Source of the DNA: a virus
IMG/VR virus record: IMGVR_UViG_3300045988_112234
Coordinates: 51,374-115,373 of that record
Strand: one strand, 5' to 3'
DNA length: 64,000 nucleotides
In this document: one piece after another, positions 29,615 through 39,781 of the stretch
Position numbering within the stretch: position 1 is the stretch's first letter
Layout of the letters: the number at the start of each line of letters is the position of its first letter
Notes under the pieces: generated by a model
Seen by the model: only the letters and a program-made list of their open reading frames with translations
Told to the model about the DNA's origin: nothing
Databases searched by the model: none
Program-made: the position numbers and the translations under genes

Positions 29615-29682
29615 TGCAAGATGTGGGAATCAAACCCACTGGTTGGAAGCCAGATATGCGCCTTCAGTTACACTAATCTTGC
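29615..29682 (-). tRNA. short (68-nt) tRNA-like gene, anticodon loop CTTCCAA (anticodon UCC, Gly?) with an atypical D/variable region
   Basis: perfect 7-bp acceptor GCAAGAT/ATCTTGC; T-arm GTGGG-TTTGATT-CCCAC. Confidence 0.45.
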
Positions 29683-29684
29683 AT

Positions 29685-30023
29685 TTATTTATAAGATATC
29701 TTTCCAACGCATGAAGAATAAGAAATTTTTTTATTATTATCTTCTAATATATAATAATAATCCTCAAATGTTTCTTGAATACCTTTAAAGACATATTCTT
29801 TATTCATATGCCCATCCATATAACAGGTTTTTCCTACATTAAGTAGTTCTTCTTTTACCCATTTTGGAGCATCTTCAGGAACATTGTCTACAGAATAATA
29901 ATTCCCTATTACTTCATACATTAATTTATTTATTAATTGTTGGAAAGTCTTCATTAAAATAGGAACATCTTCAGTTTTATACTTTAATGTTTCTAAATTG
30001 TCTGTATCAATAGTTATTTTCAT
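29685..30023 (-). CDS. hypothetical protein (112 aa)
   Basis: ORF between tRNA genes. Confidence 0.55.
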   Translation of the reverse strand: MKITIDTDNLETLKYKTEDVPILMKTFQQLINKLMYEVIGNYYSVDNVPEDAPKWVKEELLNVGKTCYMDGHMNKEYVFKGIQETFEDYYYILEDNNKKISYSSCVGKISYK

Positions 30024-30042
30024 AAATATTTAATTTAATAGT

Positions 30043-30116
30043 GGACCACGGTGGGACTCGAACCCACGACATCTACCTTGCAAAAGTAGCGTTCTAGCCA
30101 ACTGAACTACGAGCCC
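30043..30116 (-). tRNA. tRNA-Ala (anticodon UGC)
   Basis: D-arm GTTC/GAAC, anticodon stem CTACT/GGTAG, loop TTTGCAA, T-arm GTGGG-TTCGAGT-CCCAC; two mismatches in the acceptor stem by hand parse. Confidence 0.6.
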
Positions 30117-30126
30117 AAATTGGAGA

Positions 30127-30603
30127 TTATTCTCCAGTTAATTGTTTTATTTTAAGTTTAGCTTGTGTTAATTCATATACTAAATCAGACATAGTTTTTT
30201 TATTATCTTTAAGATGTTTTTTGAGAGCTTTAATAGCTAATTTCATGCTATTAAAGTCTTTCAAATTATTTGCTATAGATTCTAATTCTCTAAAAGACTT
30301 AGTATTATCAAATAAAGATATATTAACTTTAGCTCTTAACTCTCTAATTTTAAGATTCTGTTTCTCAATCTCATTTTCTAAAGACTGAATCTTATTATTT
30401 AAAGATTCTATACCAAGTCCATTTTCTAATTCATCTATATAGGATTCTAATTCTCCGATTTTTTGTTCTAATCCAGCATAATGTTTTTTTCTTTCAGCAT
30501 CATACTCTTTAAAACTATTTATTTTTCTTTTTAAAGTAGCTATAATAAAATCCTTTTTATCATAAAAATTTGCATCAGATTGATAATTAAAAGTTTTTTC
30601 CAT
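30127..30603 (-). CDS. coiled-coil protein (158 aa)
   Basis: heptad-rich K/E/L sequence. Confidence 0.55.
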   Translation of the reverse strand: MEKTFNYQSDANFYDKKDFIIATLKRKINSFKEYDAERKKHYAGLEQKIGELESYIDELENGLGIESLNNKIQSLENEIEKQNLKIRELRAKVNISLFDNTKSFRELESIANNLKDFNSMKLAIKALKKHLKDNKKTMSDLVYELTQAKLKIKQLTGE

Positions 30604-30628
30604 ATTATTTATTTTTTTTAATTAGTTG

Positions 30629-30705
30629 CGGAATATAAGGGATTCGAACCCTTAGTTTTACTAGAGTGACAGTCTAGTTCCCTTACCAACAGGGCTTAAT
30701 ACTCC
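30629..30705 (-). tRNA. tRNA-Asp (anticodon GUC)
   Basis: anticodon stem CTAGA/TCTAG, loop CTGTCAC, T-arm AAGGG-TTCGAAT-CCCTT, acceptor GGAGTAT/ATATTCC. Confidence 0.65.
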
Positions 30706-30769
30706 AGGCGCGTACACATTTCTTTTCGAGAAGGTAGCTAACCTTAGAAATAAGAGGCATATATTATTA

Positions 30770-30851
30770 CGTCTAGACTAGGATTCGAACCTAGGAACCT
30801 TTCGGGGCAAGTTAACAGCTTGCTGCCGTTGACCACTTGGCTATCTAGACG
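30770..30851 (-). tRNA. tRNA with anticodon GUU (Asn) and an unusually long variable region
   Basis: palindromic acceptor GTCTAGA/TCTAGAC; anticodon stem GCAAG/CTTGC, loop CTGTTAA; T-arm CTAGG-TTCGAAT-CCTAG. Confidence 0.55.
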
Positions 30852-30861
30852 AAAGTCCTGA

Positions 30862-31017
30862 TTAATCAGGACATACAGTTGAATCAATAGCAGTAGTATC
30901 AACTACTGTAGTATCAACATTAATAGAATCATTTAAAGTTGAATTTACTGAATTATTTGAACCAGTAGAACAACTCAAGAGTGTAAATAACACACTAAAT
31001 ACAAGTAATTTCTTCAT
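30862..31017 (-). CDS. small lipoprotein (51 aa), signal peptide plus lipobox LLSC
   Basis: MKKLLVFSVLFTLLSCSTGSNNS...; ATG at 31015-31017, TAA at 30862-30864; below the ORF-track cutoff. Confidence 0.5.
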   Translation of the reverse strand: MKKLLVFSVLFTLLSCSTGSNNSVNSTLNDSINVDTTVVDTTAIDSTVCPD

Positions 31018-31098
31018 TTTTTATTCTTTTTTATCGTATTGACTATTATAAATCTAAATTTTATTATTCAAAATATAATTTTAATAAAATTTAAAAAT

Positions 31099-31126
31099 GA
31101 ACCGAGAACTTCCCAATTCTCGGTTC
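31099..31126 (-). terminator. rho-independent terminator gaaccgagaa...ttctcggttc followed by T-run (minus strand)
   Basis: 10-bp stem, 8-nt loop, downstream of 31298-31519. Confidence 0.55.
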
Positions 31127-31297
31127 TGTGTACTAAGGTAAGTACGACCCTTCCAATTTCATGTTGAAATCTTCAAAAAAGTCAGTATATTTATAGATAT
31201 ATACATCTGGGAATCAGGTTAATCGTGAAATTCGTAACTATAACAGTCCTAACCCGTTTGTGATATAAATATAATTTAACTATAAAAATTATAAAAG

Positions 31298-31519
31298 TTA
31301 ATTTTTGTTTACTTTATTATTTTTAATTAAATTATTTATTTCTGTCTCTGTGAGTTCTATCTTGTAATCCCCATAACTTAAAGAATAATTAAAATCAAAT
31401 AAATAGACAAATTTATTATCTATATATTGGGCACATTGTGGAATTACACTAATATTAATAACTGTAAATTTAATATTGTCTAAGACAATACTTTCATACA
31501 ATTTAAATTTGCTAGTCAT
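31298..31519 (-). CDS. hypothetical protein (73 aa)
   Basis: ORF. Confidence 0.45.
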   Translation of the reverse strand: MTSKFKLYESIVLDNIKFTVINISVIPQCAQYIDNKFVYLFDFNYSLSYGDYKIELTETEINNLIKNNKVNKN

Positions 31520-31684
31520 AATAAACCAAAAGAGGGAACTCTAAATAGAGTCCCCTCAAAAGATTGAGTTTCCTTTTAATTATCACGACTATAATCCACG
31601 TTTCACAACGTTCAATAAGTATTCCTTATTACTGAGGTTATTATAGTTGTGAATTTTTTTTCTAAAAATAAAATCTTAAAAATT

Positions 31685-32053
31685 TTAATTCTGAAGCATA
31701 GCACGAAGTTCTTCAGTAGATTTCTTCTCAAGCTCTTCGTCATTTCTCTTTGCGAGGATCTCAAGGATACGTTTCTTTTGAGCATTAGCTTGTGCTTTAT
31801 CAATATTGTCTTTACGAGCCTTTAATTTAATATTAATTACATCTTTTACGATGCTGAAACGAAGTTCATCATCATTTTTTTCAGCTGGGAGCTCTTCAAT
31901 GAAAGACTTCTTAGGAGCCTCACTAATTTTCTTATCCAGCATAATAGCTAAAGTGTTAAGATTCTGCAGAGATAAGTCGAACAAATCTTCTGTAGTAATC
32001 ATACCCTTGTTTGTCTTAAAACGTAATTTCTTTTGTAATGCTTCTTTGTACAT
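31685..32053 (-). CDS. hypothetical protein (122 aa)
   Basis: ORF. Confidence 0.55.
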   Translation of the reverse strand: MYKEALQKKLRFKTNKGMITTEDLFDLSLQNLNTLAIMLDKKISEAPKKSFIEELPAEKNDDELRFSIVKDVINIKLKARKDNIDKAQANAQKKRILEILAKRNDEELEKKSTEELRAMLQN

Positions 32054-32065
32054 TGTTGTTAATTA

Positions 32066-34099
32066 TTAAATGTTTACTTTATAAATTTTACCTGAATCTA
32101 CTCTAACCATAAGTGAATTACGAGAAGTAGCTATAAATCCTAAACCACTCATCTGATTATCATCATAAGGAGTCAAAGCTTTAGATGCTAATACTTCAAA
32201 TACTCTCTTATGATTTTTAGTGAGTTCGTCTTTAAGATACTCATTAAAATATCCACGAACAGCATCTGGATTCTTACAATCCTTCAACATAAAGAAATAG
32301 TGCTTAGCACCTATTTTATTATTTCCCCAATAATTTGGAGATAAGCATATAGCAGATACTTCAACGAAGTTCTGAGTCTTTACTCCCCAAATTTCTTTAG
32401 ATGCTGTAGTACTACTCAAATATTCCTTAGTGAAGATAACTTCATGTCCATTAGAAGTAAAGTCTAATACTAAAACATCGCTTTTATGAGGGACGTCTTT
32501 ATCATACACATAAGTATGAATAACTCCATTGAGCTCTACTTCTACTTCAAATCCTAAATCAATATTTTCAACTTTAGCAAAGTTGTTAACAAATACTTCA
32601 TAAGTACCTGCTTTAGGAATTCCTGGGAAAATGATATTTTCTACAGCATTGCGAGAGAATTTCTTAGGATTATTACGTTCTTCAGAAGCACTACCTCCAT
32701 AGGCATTCATATCTACATCGAGAAGGTCTGCTTTATTACTATAATAAATGTGTCCATAAGGACTATTCATATGTAAATCCAAATCATCGTAATTATACCA
32801 ATGAAGAGAGATTCTCATATAGCCATCTACCTTACCTCCTACTTCTTTAACACGTTGTTTAATAGCATCAGAGATATTACCATTATATGCCCAAGCAAAC
32901 CCATTATTCCATTTAAACATAGAAGGAGCTTCTTTATTAACTGGGGCAGTAAGAGTTACTAAATTATTATTTAACTTATTGTCAAAGAATAATTCAAGCT
33001 TACTAGCCTTAGAAACAATATTATTAAGGAACTCTTCCATAGTTGTTGGAATAGCAATCTTCTCAAAGTCTGTAGCAGTTTTGCTAGTATTAGAAGTTTC
33101 ATTCATAAGAGAATCAAATCCTCCTAACATTCTCTTACGAGTTTCTCTATTTACAAAGATAACATCTTCAATAGATATATCTTCTACTTTAGCATGACGA
33201 CGCTCTAAAGAATCTTCATAACCAAGTTCTACTACAGTTTTATAAACATTTTCTACCTGAGTTTTGGTGATAATACCCTTAGGTCTCTTATAATTATAAG
33301 GAGCAACCATAGCTTCAAACTTTTTAACTGAACTTTCAACATTGTTAGTATCAGTTATGTCTTTAAGAAGTTGACCTATAGCACTATTAAGTATATGTGT
33401 TACAGCATCAGGAAGTACACAAGAAGATATCCAAGCATAATTATCTAACTCAAAACCTTCCAAGTGCTTACTCTCTATTGTATCAAGAGCAGTCTTTAAA
33501 GCACTCACTTGACGTAGATAAGTGTCACCTCTATAGAGGTTATTATCTGCAATTAAGTCTAATACTGTTTGTACAGAATTATAGTTAATTTCAGATAAAG
33601 TTCTTACCCATACATCATGTGAAGATTTAGCACCTGCACGGAATGTTGGAATCTGAGACTTATTCATAATTAAATTAATTGTAGGAGTAACATAAAAATG
33701 GTTCCAAGTAATTATTTCTTTAGAAGGTAGTATCTGCTGATTACATTTACAACCCATCGTAGTCTCTTCCGTAACAAATGCATTCCTAATTTTAGTATTT
33801 TTAAGCACTTGTAACATATTGTCTACAACTTTAGCAAACATTCCTTCAGCGTGAACATCCTCCCAGTAAGAATGTATTTTATAATTCTCATCTACAGAGA
33901 CTAATGCTCCATAGCGAGTAATGAAATGTTTACAATTTACACAGTTAAATTCTTGACGTACGGCTCCTTCAGGGAAAGATTCCATATAAGCCGTCCATAA
34001 AAACTTTTTTTGAGTGTCAAGAATAAAGAGATGTTTGTTCTCTTTAATCATCTTATTACATGCTTCTGTAACAAGATTTCTAAAATCTAAGTATTCCAT
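32066..34099 (-). CDS. large hypothetical protein (677 aa)
   Basis: long ORF, no motif recognised by eye. Confidence 0.65.
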   Translation of the reverse strand: MEYLDFRNLVTEACNKMIKENKHLFILDTQKKFLWTAYMESFPEGAVRQEFNCVNCKHFITRYGALVSVDENYKIHSYWEDVHAEGMFAKVVDNMLQVLKNTKIRNAFVTEETTMGCKCNQQILPSKEIITWNHFYVTPTINLIMNKSQIPTFRAGAKSSHDVWVRTLSEINYNSVQTVLDLIADNNLYRGDTYLRQVSALKTALDTIESKHLEGFELDNYAWISSCVLPDAVTHILNSAIGQLLKDITDTNNVESSVKKFEAMVAPYNYKRPKGIITKTQVENVYKTVVELGYEDSLERRHAKVEDISIEDVIFVNRETRKRMLGGFDSLMNETSNTSKTATDFEKIAIPTTMEEFLNNIVSKASKLELFFDNKLNNNLVTLTAPVNKEAPSMFKWNNGFAWAYNGNISDAIKQRVKEVGGKVDGYMRISLHWYNYDDLDLHMNSPYGHIYYSNKADLLDVDMNAYGGSASEERNNPKKFSRNAVENIIFPGIPKAGTYEVFVNNFAKVENIDLGFEVEVELNGVIHTYVYDKDVPHKSDVLVLDFTSNGHEVIFTKEYLSSTTASKEIWGVKTQNFVEVSAICLSPNYWGNNKIGAKHYFFMLKDCKNPDAVRGYFNEYLKDELTKNHKRVFEVLASKALTPYDDNQMSGLGFIATSRNSLMVRVDSGKIYKVNI

Positions 34100-34161
34100 A
34101 AAATTTTTAAAAGTTAGAAAAAGAGGGAGAGATTATTCCCTCCCTCTGTGATACTTAATAT

Positions 34162-35715
34162 TTATACATTTACGTTGGTGTTTTCTACGTCGCCGTTAAC
34201 GTTAACATTCTTGTTAACCTTTGCATCAATAGTGTTAGCCTTCATAATGTCTGCCATATCTACACCTGTAGCATCTTTTACAATGTCACGGGTTTGCTTA
34301 ATAATAGCAGGTACATTACCAGAAATACCAGAAGCCTCAGAACCATTAGTTCCATAAACTGTCATATTGCCAATCTTACTCATAGGTTCAGCAATATACT
34401 TAGCCATATCAGGAAGAACTTTCTCATTAAGTTTAGAAAGCATGTCAATTACAGCAATAGAACCATACTTACTATATGCTTCAGCCTTCTTCTGCATAGC
34501 CTCAGCTTCTGCAAGACCCTTAGCCTTCACACCTTCAGCTTCTGCCAAAAGTTTAGCTTTAGTACCTTCAGCTTCTGCAGTCAAGGTCTGCTGAGTAGCA
34601 TATGCTTCAGCTTCACCCTTAGCACGAATACCTGCTGCCTCCTGCTCCTGAGAATAACGATTAGCTTCAGCCTTAGCTTTTACAGCCTTAGCAGTTTGCT
34701 CTGCTTTATAAGCTTCAGCCTCAGCCTCACGCTTCTGCTTCTCCAAAGCAGCCTGAGCATCAATTTCTGTCTGATACTTGTCAGCATCAGCCTTAGCATT
34801 TACATCTGCAAGATACTCATTCTGCTTAATCTTAATCTTCTCCTCAGACAAGGTCTGTTCCTTACGAGTCTTCTCAATATCAGCATCTACAGTTTTGATA
34901 TTAATAGTTTTTTGCTGCTCTTGCTGCTGAATTTCATATGCGGCATCAGATTCAGCCTTCTTAATATCAGATAATCTCTTCAGTTCAGCTCTCTTAATAG
35001 CTAATTCATTATTACGTTCAGCAATAATGGTGTCAGCCTTTACTCGTGCTTCATTAGCCTCATTGTCAGCCTCAGCCTGAGCCTTAGCTACATCTCTATC
35101 AGCATTAGCACGGGTAATCTTAGCATTCTTCTGAATAGCTGCTGTATTATCAGCTCCCAAATCACGGATCAAGCCTTTCTCATCAGTAATATTCTGAATA
35201 TTGCAAGACAAAATCTCAAGACCTAACTTAGCCATATCAGGAGCTGCCTTCTTCTGAATTTCATCAGAGAATGCATCTCTATCAGTGTTAATCTTAATCA
35301 AGTCAAGAGAACCTACTACTTCACGCATATTACCCTCCAAAGAATCTTTCACCTGAGCAGCAATCTGCACAGAATTCATATTCAAGAAGTTCTTAGCTGC
35401 AAGTCTAGTGCCTTCTGTATCAGGTTTTACCCTAACTTTACATACGGCATCTACCATTACATCCAAAAAATCATGAGTAGGAACTGGTTGTGAAGTCTTA
35501 ACATCAACTGTTACTTGACCAAGATATACTTTATCTAATCGTTCAAGTACAGGAATTTTTACTCCACCACCACCGATAAGTACTCGTGGCTCCTTACGAA
35601 AACCTGAAAGAATGTACGCCATCGAAGGAGGAGCTTTAACATACATTGTAGCAATAATAATAAGCAGTACAATAATAACGACTGCGATAACACCAATAAG
35701 AACTAAATGTTCCAT
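34162..35715 (-). CDS. flotillin-like SPFH/band-7 membrane protein with a long A/E/K-rich coiled coil
   Basis: N-terminal TM helix, SPFH-like core, then EA/AK repeats like bacterial FloT/YqiK; GC-richer codon usage than neighbours. Confidence 0.7.
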   Translation of the reverse strand: MEHLVLIGVIAVVIIVLLIIIATMYVKAPPSMAYILSGFRKEPRVLIGGGGVKIPVLERLDKVYLGQVTVDVKTSQPVPTHDFLDVMVDAVCKVRVKPDTEGTRLAAKNFLNMNSVQIAAQVKDSLEGNMREVVGSLDLIKINTDRDAFSDEIQKKAAPDMAKLGLEILSCNIQNITDEKGLIRDLGADNTAAIQKNAKITRANADRDVAKAQAEADNEANEARVKADTIIAERNNELAIKRAELKRLSDIKKAESDAAYEIQQQEQQKTINIKTVDADIEKTRKEQTLSEEKIKIKQNEYLADVNAKADADKYQTEIDAQAALEKQKREAEAEAYKAEQTAKAVKAKAEANRYSQEQEAAGIRAKGEAEAYATQQTLTAEAEGTKAKLLAEAEGVKAKGLAEAEAMQKKAEAYSKYGSIAVIDMLSKLNEKVLPDMAKYIAEPMSKIGNMTVYGTNGSEASGISGNVPAIIKQTRDIVKDATGVDMADIMKANTIDAKVNKNVNVNGDVENTNVNV

Positions 35716-35793
35716 AAATCTGTAAATGTTTAAATAATAAAAATTAAATATCTAAGAACTAACTGATGTTAATTCCAAGGGGGCATTTATTTT

Positions 35794-36906
35794 TTATAAT
35801 TCGTAATTTACAAGACCTGTAGCTTTACTTGTAGAATAGCAACTATTAATTATATATATTCTAATATTCCCATAATCAGTCATAGTTACTACATATTTTT
35901 CTTTAATACTTACCATCAATATACGATCATCCTCAAAATAATCTCCAGGTTCCAGATATTTTAACTCTTTATCCTCAGTAGTGGAACCATAATCCTCATT
36001 GAACTTAGTAGACCATTCGTTATAGAATTTGCTTTCTTCACGAGTATGTTTCTCCCAATCTTTCTTTTTAATTTCTTTAAACTTATAAAAAGCTTTTAAT
36101 ATATTCTTTATATTTTCAGGAGTAAATTTCAAGTCACAATGTCTGATTTGTACTTCTCTATACAAATAAGTAAACCTAGAGAATTCAATATTAAAGGTTT
36201 CTTTAATATTAGGAAGAGCTTCTACTCCATGAATATTAATTTCAGTTGCTATAGCTTTAATTAAGTCTATAGTAATAATATTCATAGAATGAGTTAGCTC
36301 TATAACCTTTTCTATAGCAGTTTTATCTTCCAAGATATCATTAAGAATCTCTCTAGTAACTTCCTCAGAAAGATTACTGAAAGACTTTTTATATCTTATT
36401 CTAGAAGGTCTACCAAGAAGATTTGGGTCTACATTTAACTCATTAGTAGTAAGTAAAAATACCTTACGATAAATAGAGTTATAAGTACCATCCATGAAAG
36501 AAAGAACATCAGAAAAATTTTTAAATTCTTTCTCATATTTATCAAAGAAGAAGATACAGTCAAAATCAATAGAGGTAGATAAATATTTTATTAATTTACT
36601 ATTAGCCATTGATTGTACTAAGATCACAGGAAGCTGTAAATGATTACAAAGTTCCTTTGCAACGACCGTCTTACCAGTTCCTTTGATTCCATCTAGCAGA
36701 ACACCTAAATTTCCTGTAGTGTTCTCATATGTCTTTAAGACATAATCAATAAATTTTTGGTTCAGACCATACAGTTTGTAATCAAACGTAAAAGACTCAG
36801 CGATTTTACTTAAGTAAAATCCAGTCATTGAGACTTTTACTTCATAAATACCTTTCGGTAATCCTTCAGTCGCACTACCCTGACTAAAAACGTTGCCATC
36901 TTGCAA
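35794..36906 (-). CDS. AAA+ ATPase
   Basis: Walker A LLDGIKGTGKTVVAKEL; Walker B-like IFFFDKYE. Confidence 0.65.
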   Translation of the reverse strand: MQDGNVFSQGSATEGLPKGIYEVKVSMTGFYLSKIAESFTFDYKLYGLNQKFIDYVLKTYENTTGNLGVLLDGIKGTGKTVVAKELCNHLQLPVILVQSMANSKLIKYLSTSIDFDCIFFFDKYEKEFKNFSDVLSFMDGTYNSIYRKVFLLTTNELNVDPNLLGRPSRIRYKKSFSNLSEEVTREILNDILEDKTAIEKVIELTHSMNIITIDLIKAIATEINIHGVEALPNIKETFNIEFSRFTYLYREVQIRHCDLKFTPENIKNILKAFYKFKEIKKKDWEKHTREESKFYNEWSTKFNEDYGSTTEDKELKYLEPGDYFEDDRILMVSIKEKYVVTMTDYGNIRIYIINSCYSTSKATGLVNYEL

Positions 36907-37569
36907 TCAAATTTGTTTACCCATTTTGATAAATGTTTAATAATTACTTTAATAAATTTATAAGAATATCTATGTTATGTAACATATTATCAATTATTTT
37001 AATAGAGTTATTAATATGTTCTTCCATAATTAACAGTTAAAATTAAACAAAAATCCCTGAACTATAATAATAGCCCAGGGATTAAAAACAAACAATAAAA
37101 ACAGTTCTATGAACTGGTGGAGCTAGACGGTACTGCCCCGTCGTCTTGCCTATTTGCATCAAAACGTTCTTACAGCATAGGTTTTAAAGACTTTCCTTGT
37201 CTGTTAGGGTTGACAAGATTAATATTGTCAACTTCCACCACTCTGTTCCTAAAGTATACAGAGAACTAATAAAGAAATGGAAAATAGTGCACCTTTCTGT
37301 TCCTAAGCAAGTGCTGCTCGGCTTATTAGGCAGCAGCCTGATAAGCAGGAGTCATATTGATAACTCTAGCGATTATTGTTTTGTTGTCTCTCCAACTGTC
37401 TTGCTGTGTTTCTTATCTCCTAGACAATCAAATACTAGTTTAGCCCCATACTTAAAAAAGTTCTAATTTAGAACTCTTTAATATCTTCTGATTCTTCGGC
37501 TATATGGAAAACCCATATCATCTGGATCTATTCTATCTTCATTACCCATAATTTAAAACTTAATTAATG
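36907..37569. promoter_or_regulatory. 660-bp non-coding, locally GC-richer region with palindrome TTGACAagattaatatTGTCAA, direct repeat tctgttcctaa(a/g) x2 and GC hairpins
   Basis: no credible ORF (37197-37466 plus ORF judged spurious); unusually large gap for this genome. Confidence 0.35.
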
Positions 37570-37899
37570 TTAAAAACTAAATTGAACATCTCTATTAACA
37601 TCTAATAATCCTCCTTGCCAATTAGATTGAATATCCATACTAAACCATGTACCATATTTAGTTCTTGCAAACCAAATAAGATGATCGTCGTACTCAGGAA
37701 TATAACAACCTATAAAATAGTCAGTATCTCCATTCCATATCCAACTACAGTTAAGAGCACTATTAACTAAATGTATCTTTAGATGTATATCAGCTTTATT
37801 AAAAGGAATTACTTTCTTTATATAAGCTTTATATAATCTACTAGGTGAACATTTACCATCGTCAAAGAAATTATAAATCTGTTTCTTTTTTGGAATCAT
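37570..37899 (-). CDS. hypothetical protein (109 aa)
   Basis: ORF. Confidence 0.5.
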   Translation of the reverse strand: MIPKKKQIYNFFDDGKCSPSRLYKAYIKKVIPFNKADIHLKIHLVNSALNCSWIWNGDTDYFIGCYIPEYDDHLIWFARTKYGTWFSMDIQSNWQGGLLDVNRDVQFSF

Positions 37900-38497
37900 T
37901 TATCATACACTGTCTTAATATATTTTCATTAACTGTACCATCATTTTCTCTAGTGAGATTATCTAATAACTCTAGATTAAATTCTTCCTTTTGAAACTTG
38001 AATTGAATCCAGTTAGGTTCAAATTCTCTATAATCTAGATGAGACAGAGGTTCATCTGTGTTAAGTACATATTTAACTAATTTAGTTAAACGTTCTCCAG
38101 CTAGTTTAGATACTACAAAACCAGATAAATCATAACCTACACCTCTACTTCTCCAATATTCACCAACTTCAGGTTTAGAATCTGGAGCAACATAGAACAT
38201 TTTATAATAATCTGAAGACTCTAAAGTTACATAAGTACCTAACTGACTACTACAACATATACCTAAACCAATATTAGAATACAAATTATTATCACGCTCT
38301 AATGTAAGAAATACTAGAACTTTATCAGGGTCTAAATTATTAATCTCACAATTACGTAGTGCAGTGTGAACATACTCAAGTAATTTAGATACTGATATAG
38401 TACTTAGTTTAGTATCTTCTTCACTTTTGTTCTCTTTAATGGCAGTATCAGAACATCTAGTGTGCCAATTTTTCCATTTATCTCCTTCTAAATACAT
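37871..38497 (-). CDS. hypothetical protein (208 aa)
   Basis: ORF. Confidence 0.55.
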   Translation of the reverse strand: MYLEGDKWKNWHTRCSDTAIKENKSEEDTKLSTISVSKLLEYVHTALRNCEINNLDPDKVLVFLTLERDNNLYSNIGLGICCSSQLGTYVTLESSDYYKMFYVAPDSKPEVGEYWRSRGVGYDLSGFVVSKLAGERLTKLVKYVLNTDEPLSHLDYREFEPNWIQFKFQKEEFNLELLDNLTRENDGTVNENILRQCMINDSKKETDL

Positions 38498-38606
38498 AGC
38501 AATTAACTTATATAATACAATAAAAAAGTCATAGAAACAATTAATATTCCTATCATAATAAAGAATAGAATTACAAATTGAATATCTGCATTCATATTAT
38601 AAATAC

Positions 38607-38816
38607 TTAATCACCTCCAGGCAGACTATCTAAATACTGAGGAATAGTTACTTCTGTATTATTCTTCTCTTTTTCAAGTTGCTGAATAGCATTTGACTGT
38701 CTATCTACAATTATTTGCAATTCCAGAATTTTTGCTTTCTGATAATAGTAGCTAGGTACTGACCAAGCTAAAACAATTATAAAACAAATTGTTGGTAATA
38801 TCCAAAGTTTATTCAT
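38607..38816 (-). CDS. small membrane-anchored coiled-coil protein (69 aa)
   Basis: N-terminal TM then QQLEKEKNN. Confidence 0.45.
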   Translation of the reverse strand: MNKLWILPTICFIIVLAWSVPSYYYQKAKILELQIIVDRQSNAIQQLEKEKNNTEVTIPQYLDSLPGGD

Positions 38817-38838
38817 ATTTTTTATTTTTTTTTTATTT

Positions 38839-39078
38839 TTAACCCCAAATTACATAAACTCCATGTTCACCCTTATAACGAAGACTAATCTCAAATCCTA
38901 ACTCTTTAAGGTAATTATAATATTTGTCAACATTAGTTGGCGGAAGTATAGAACCAATCCAAGCTGCATAATTACCTTTACTAGCTTCCTTAATTATAGC
39001 AAAGTTTATTTGATCTAATATATGCGGGTCTAATACAGCAGACCTAGATATAATCTTTGCTTCTGTTGCTTTAATCAT
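38839..39078 (-). CDS. hypothetical protein (79 aa)
   Basis: ORF. Confidence 0.45.
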   Translation of the reverse strand: MIKATEAKIISRSAVLDPHILDQINFAIIKEASKGNYAAWIGSILPPTNVDKYYNYLKELGFEISLRYKGEHGVYVIWG

Positions 39079-39479
39079 AACTTTTTAATTTTTAAACTAG
39101 CATCCTTAAACCATATATTAAGTCTATCTATGGCACTTTCCCATTCAGATTGAGAGCAGATTTTATAATATTTTAAAAAGTTAGTATTATCTGCATTAAA
39201 TTGGTATATACCTATACATTTACCACCAGGAGTGATTTTAGTTACAGTATATCCAGTACCATCATTGATAACTACTTTTAGATAAGATGTGTTATCTTTA
39301 TAGTAAGGATGTTCTCTAAGAGCGTGATTACTAACTTTCAGTTTTTTAGCTCTTATATTATTTATTATTTCTCCTATAGTATTCTCTAAATTATCTCTTT
39401 GACTTAGAAACTTTATTTTGAGTTTTTCCAAGTCCTCAATAGACATTTCCGAATAGTTATTTATATTTTCTGTTTCCAT
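39075..39479 (-). CDS. hypothetical protein (134 aa)
   Basis: ORF. Confidence 0.5.
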   Translation of the reverse strand: METENINNYSEMSIEDLEKLKIKFLSQRDNLENTIGEIINNIRAKKLKVSNHALREHPYYKDNTSYLKVVINDGTGYTVTKITPGGKCIGIYQFNADNTNFLKYYKICSQSEWESAIDRLNIWFKDASLKIKKL

Positions 39480-39481
39480 AA

Positions 39482-39781
39482 CTATAATTTTTTTAATATT
39501 TTTACATTCTTAATTAATGGTTCGCCATCAGTACCAGTTTCATCTAACAAATCACCGGTTACTAGATATTTATTGCCAGTAAAGTATTTTACATTATATA
39601 TAAAATCATTAAATGCCATCTCATTTGTTGGAAATGGAAGAACAGGAGAATATGTTCCATTTATATTTTTATGAGCTTCATAAACAGACACACCCTTTTC
39701 TTTACCTATTACTTCATTATTATTGTTCCATATAGATGAACATGCATCTTCTGGAATTTCACCAAATCTATAGAATATCAT
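39482..39781 (-). CDS. hypothetical protein (99 aa)
   Basis: ORF. Confidence 0.5.
   Translation of the reverse strand: MIFYRFGEIPEDACSSIWNNNNEVIGKEKGVSVYEAHKNINGTYSPVLPFPTNEMAFNDFIYNVKYFTGNKYLVTGDLLDETGTDGEPLIKNVKILKKL

Noticed and set aside
37197-37466. Plus-strand 89-aa ORF in the large intergenic region
   Set aside because: It has no start context, spans the palindromes and hairpins, and is the only plus-strand ORF for 30 kb. It is treated as non-coding.
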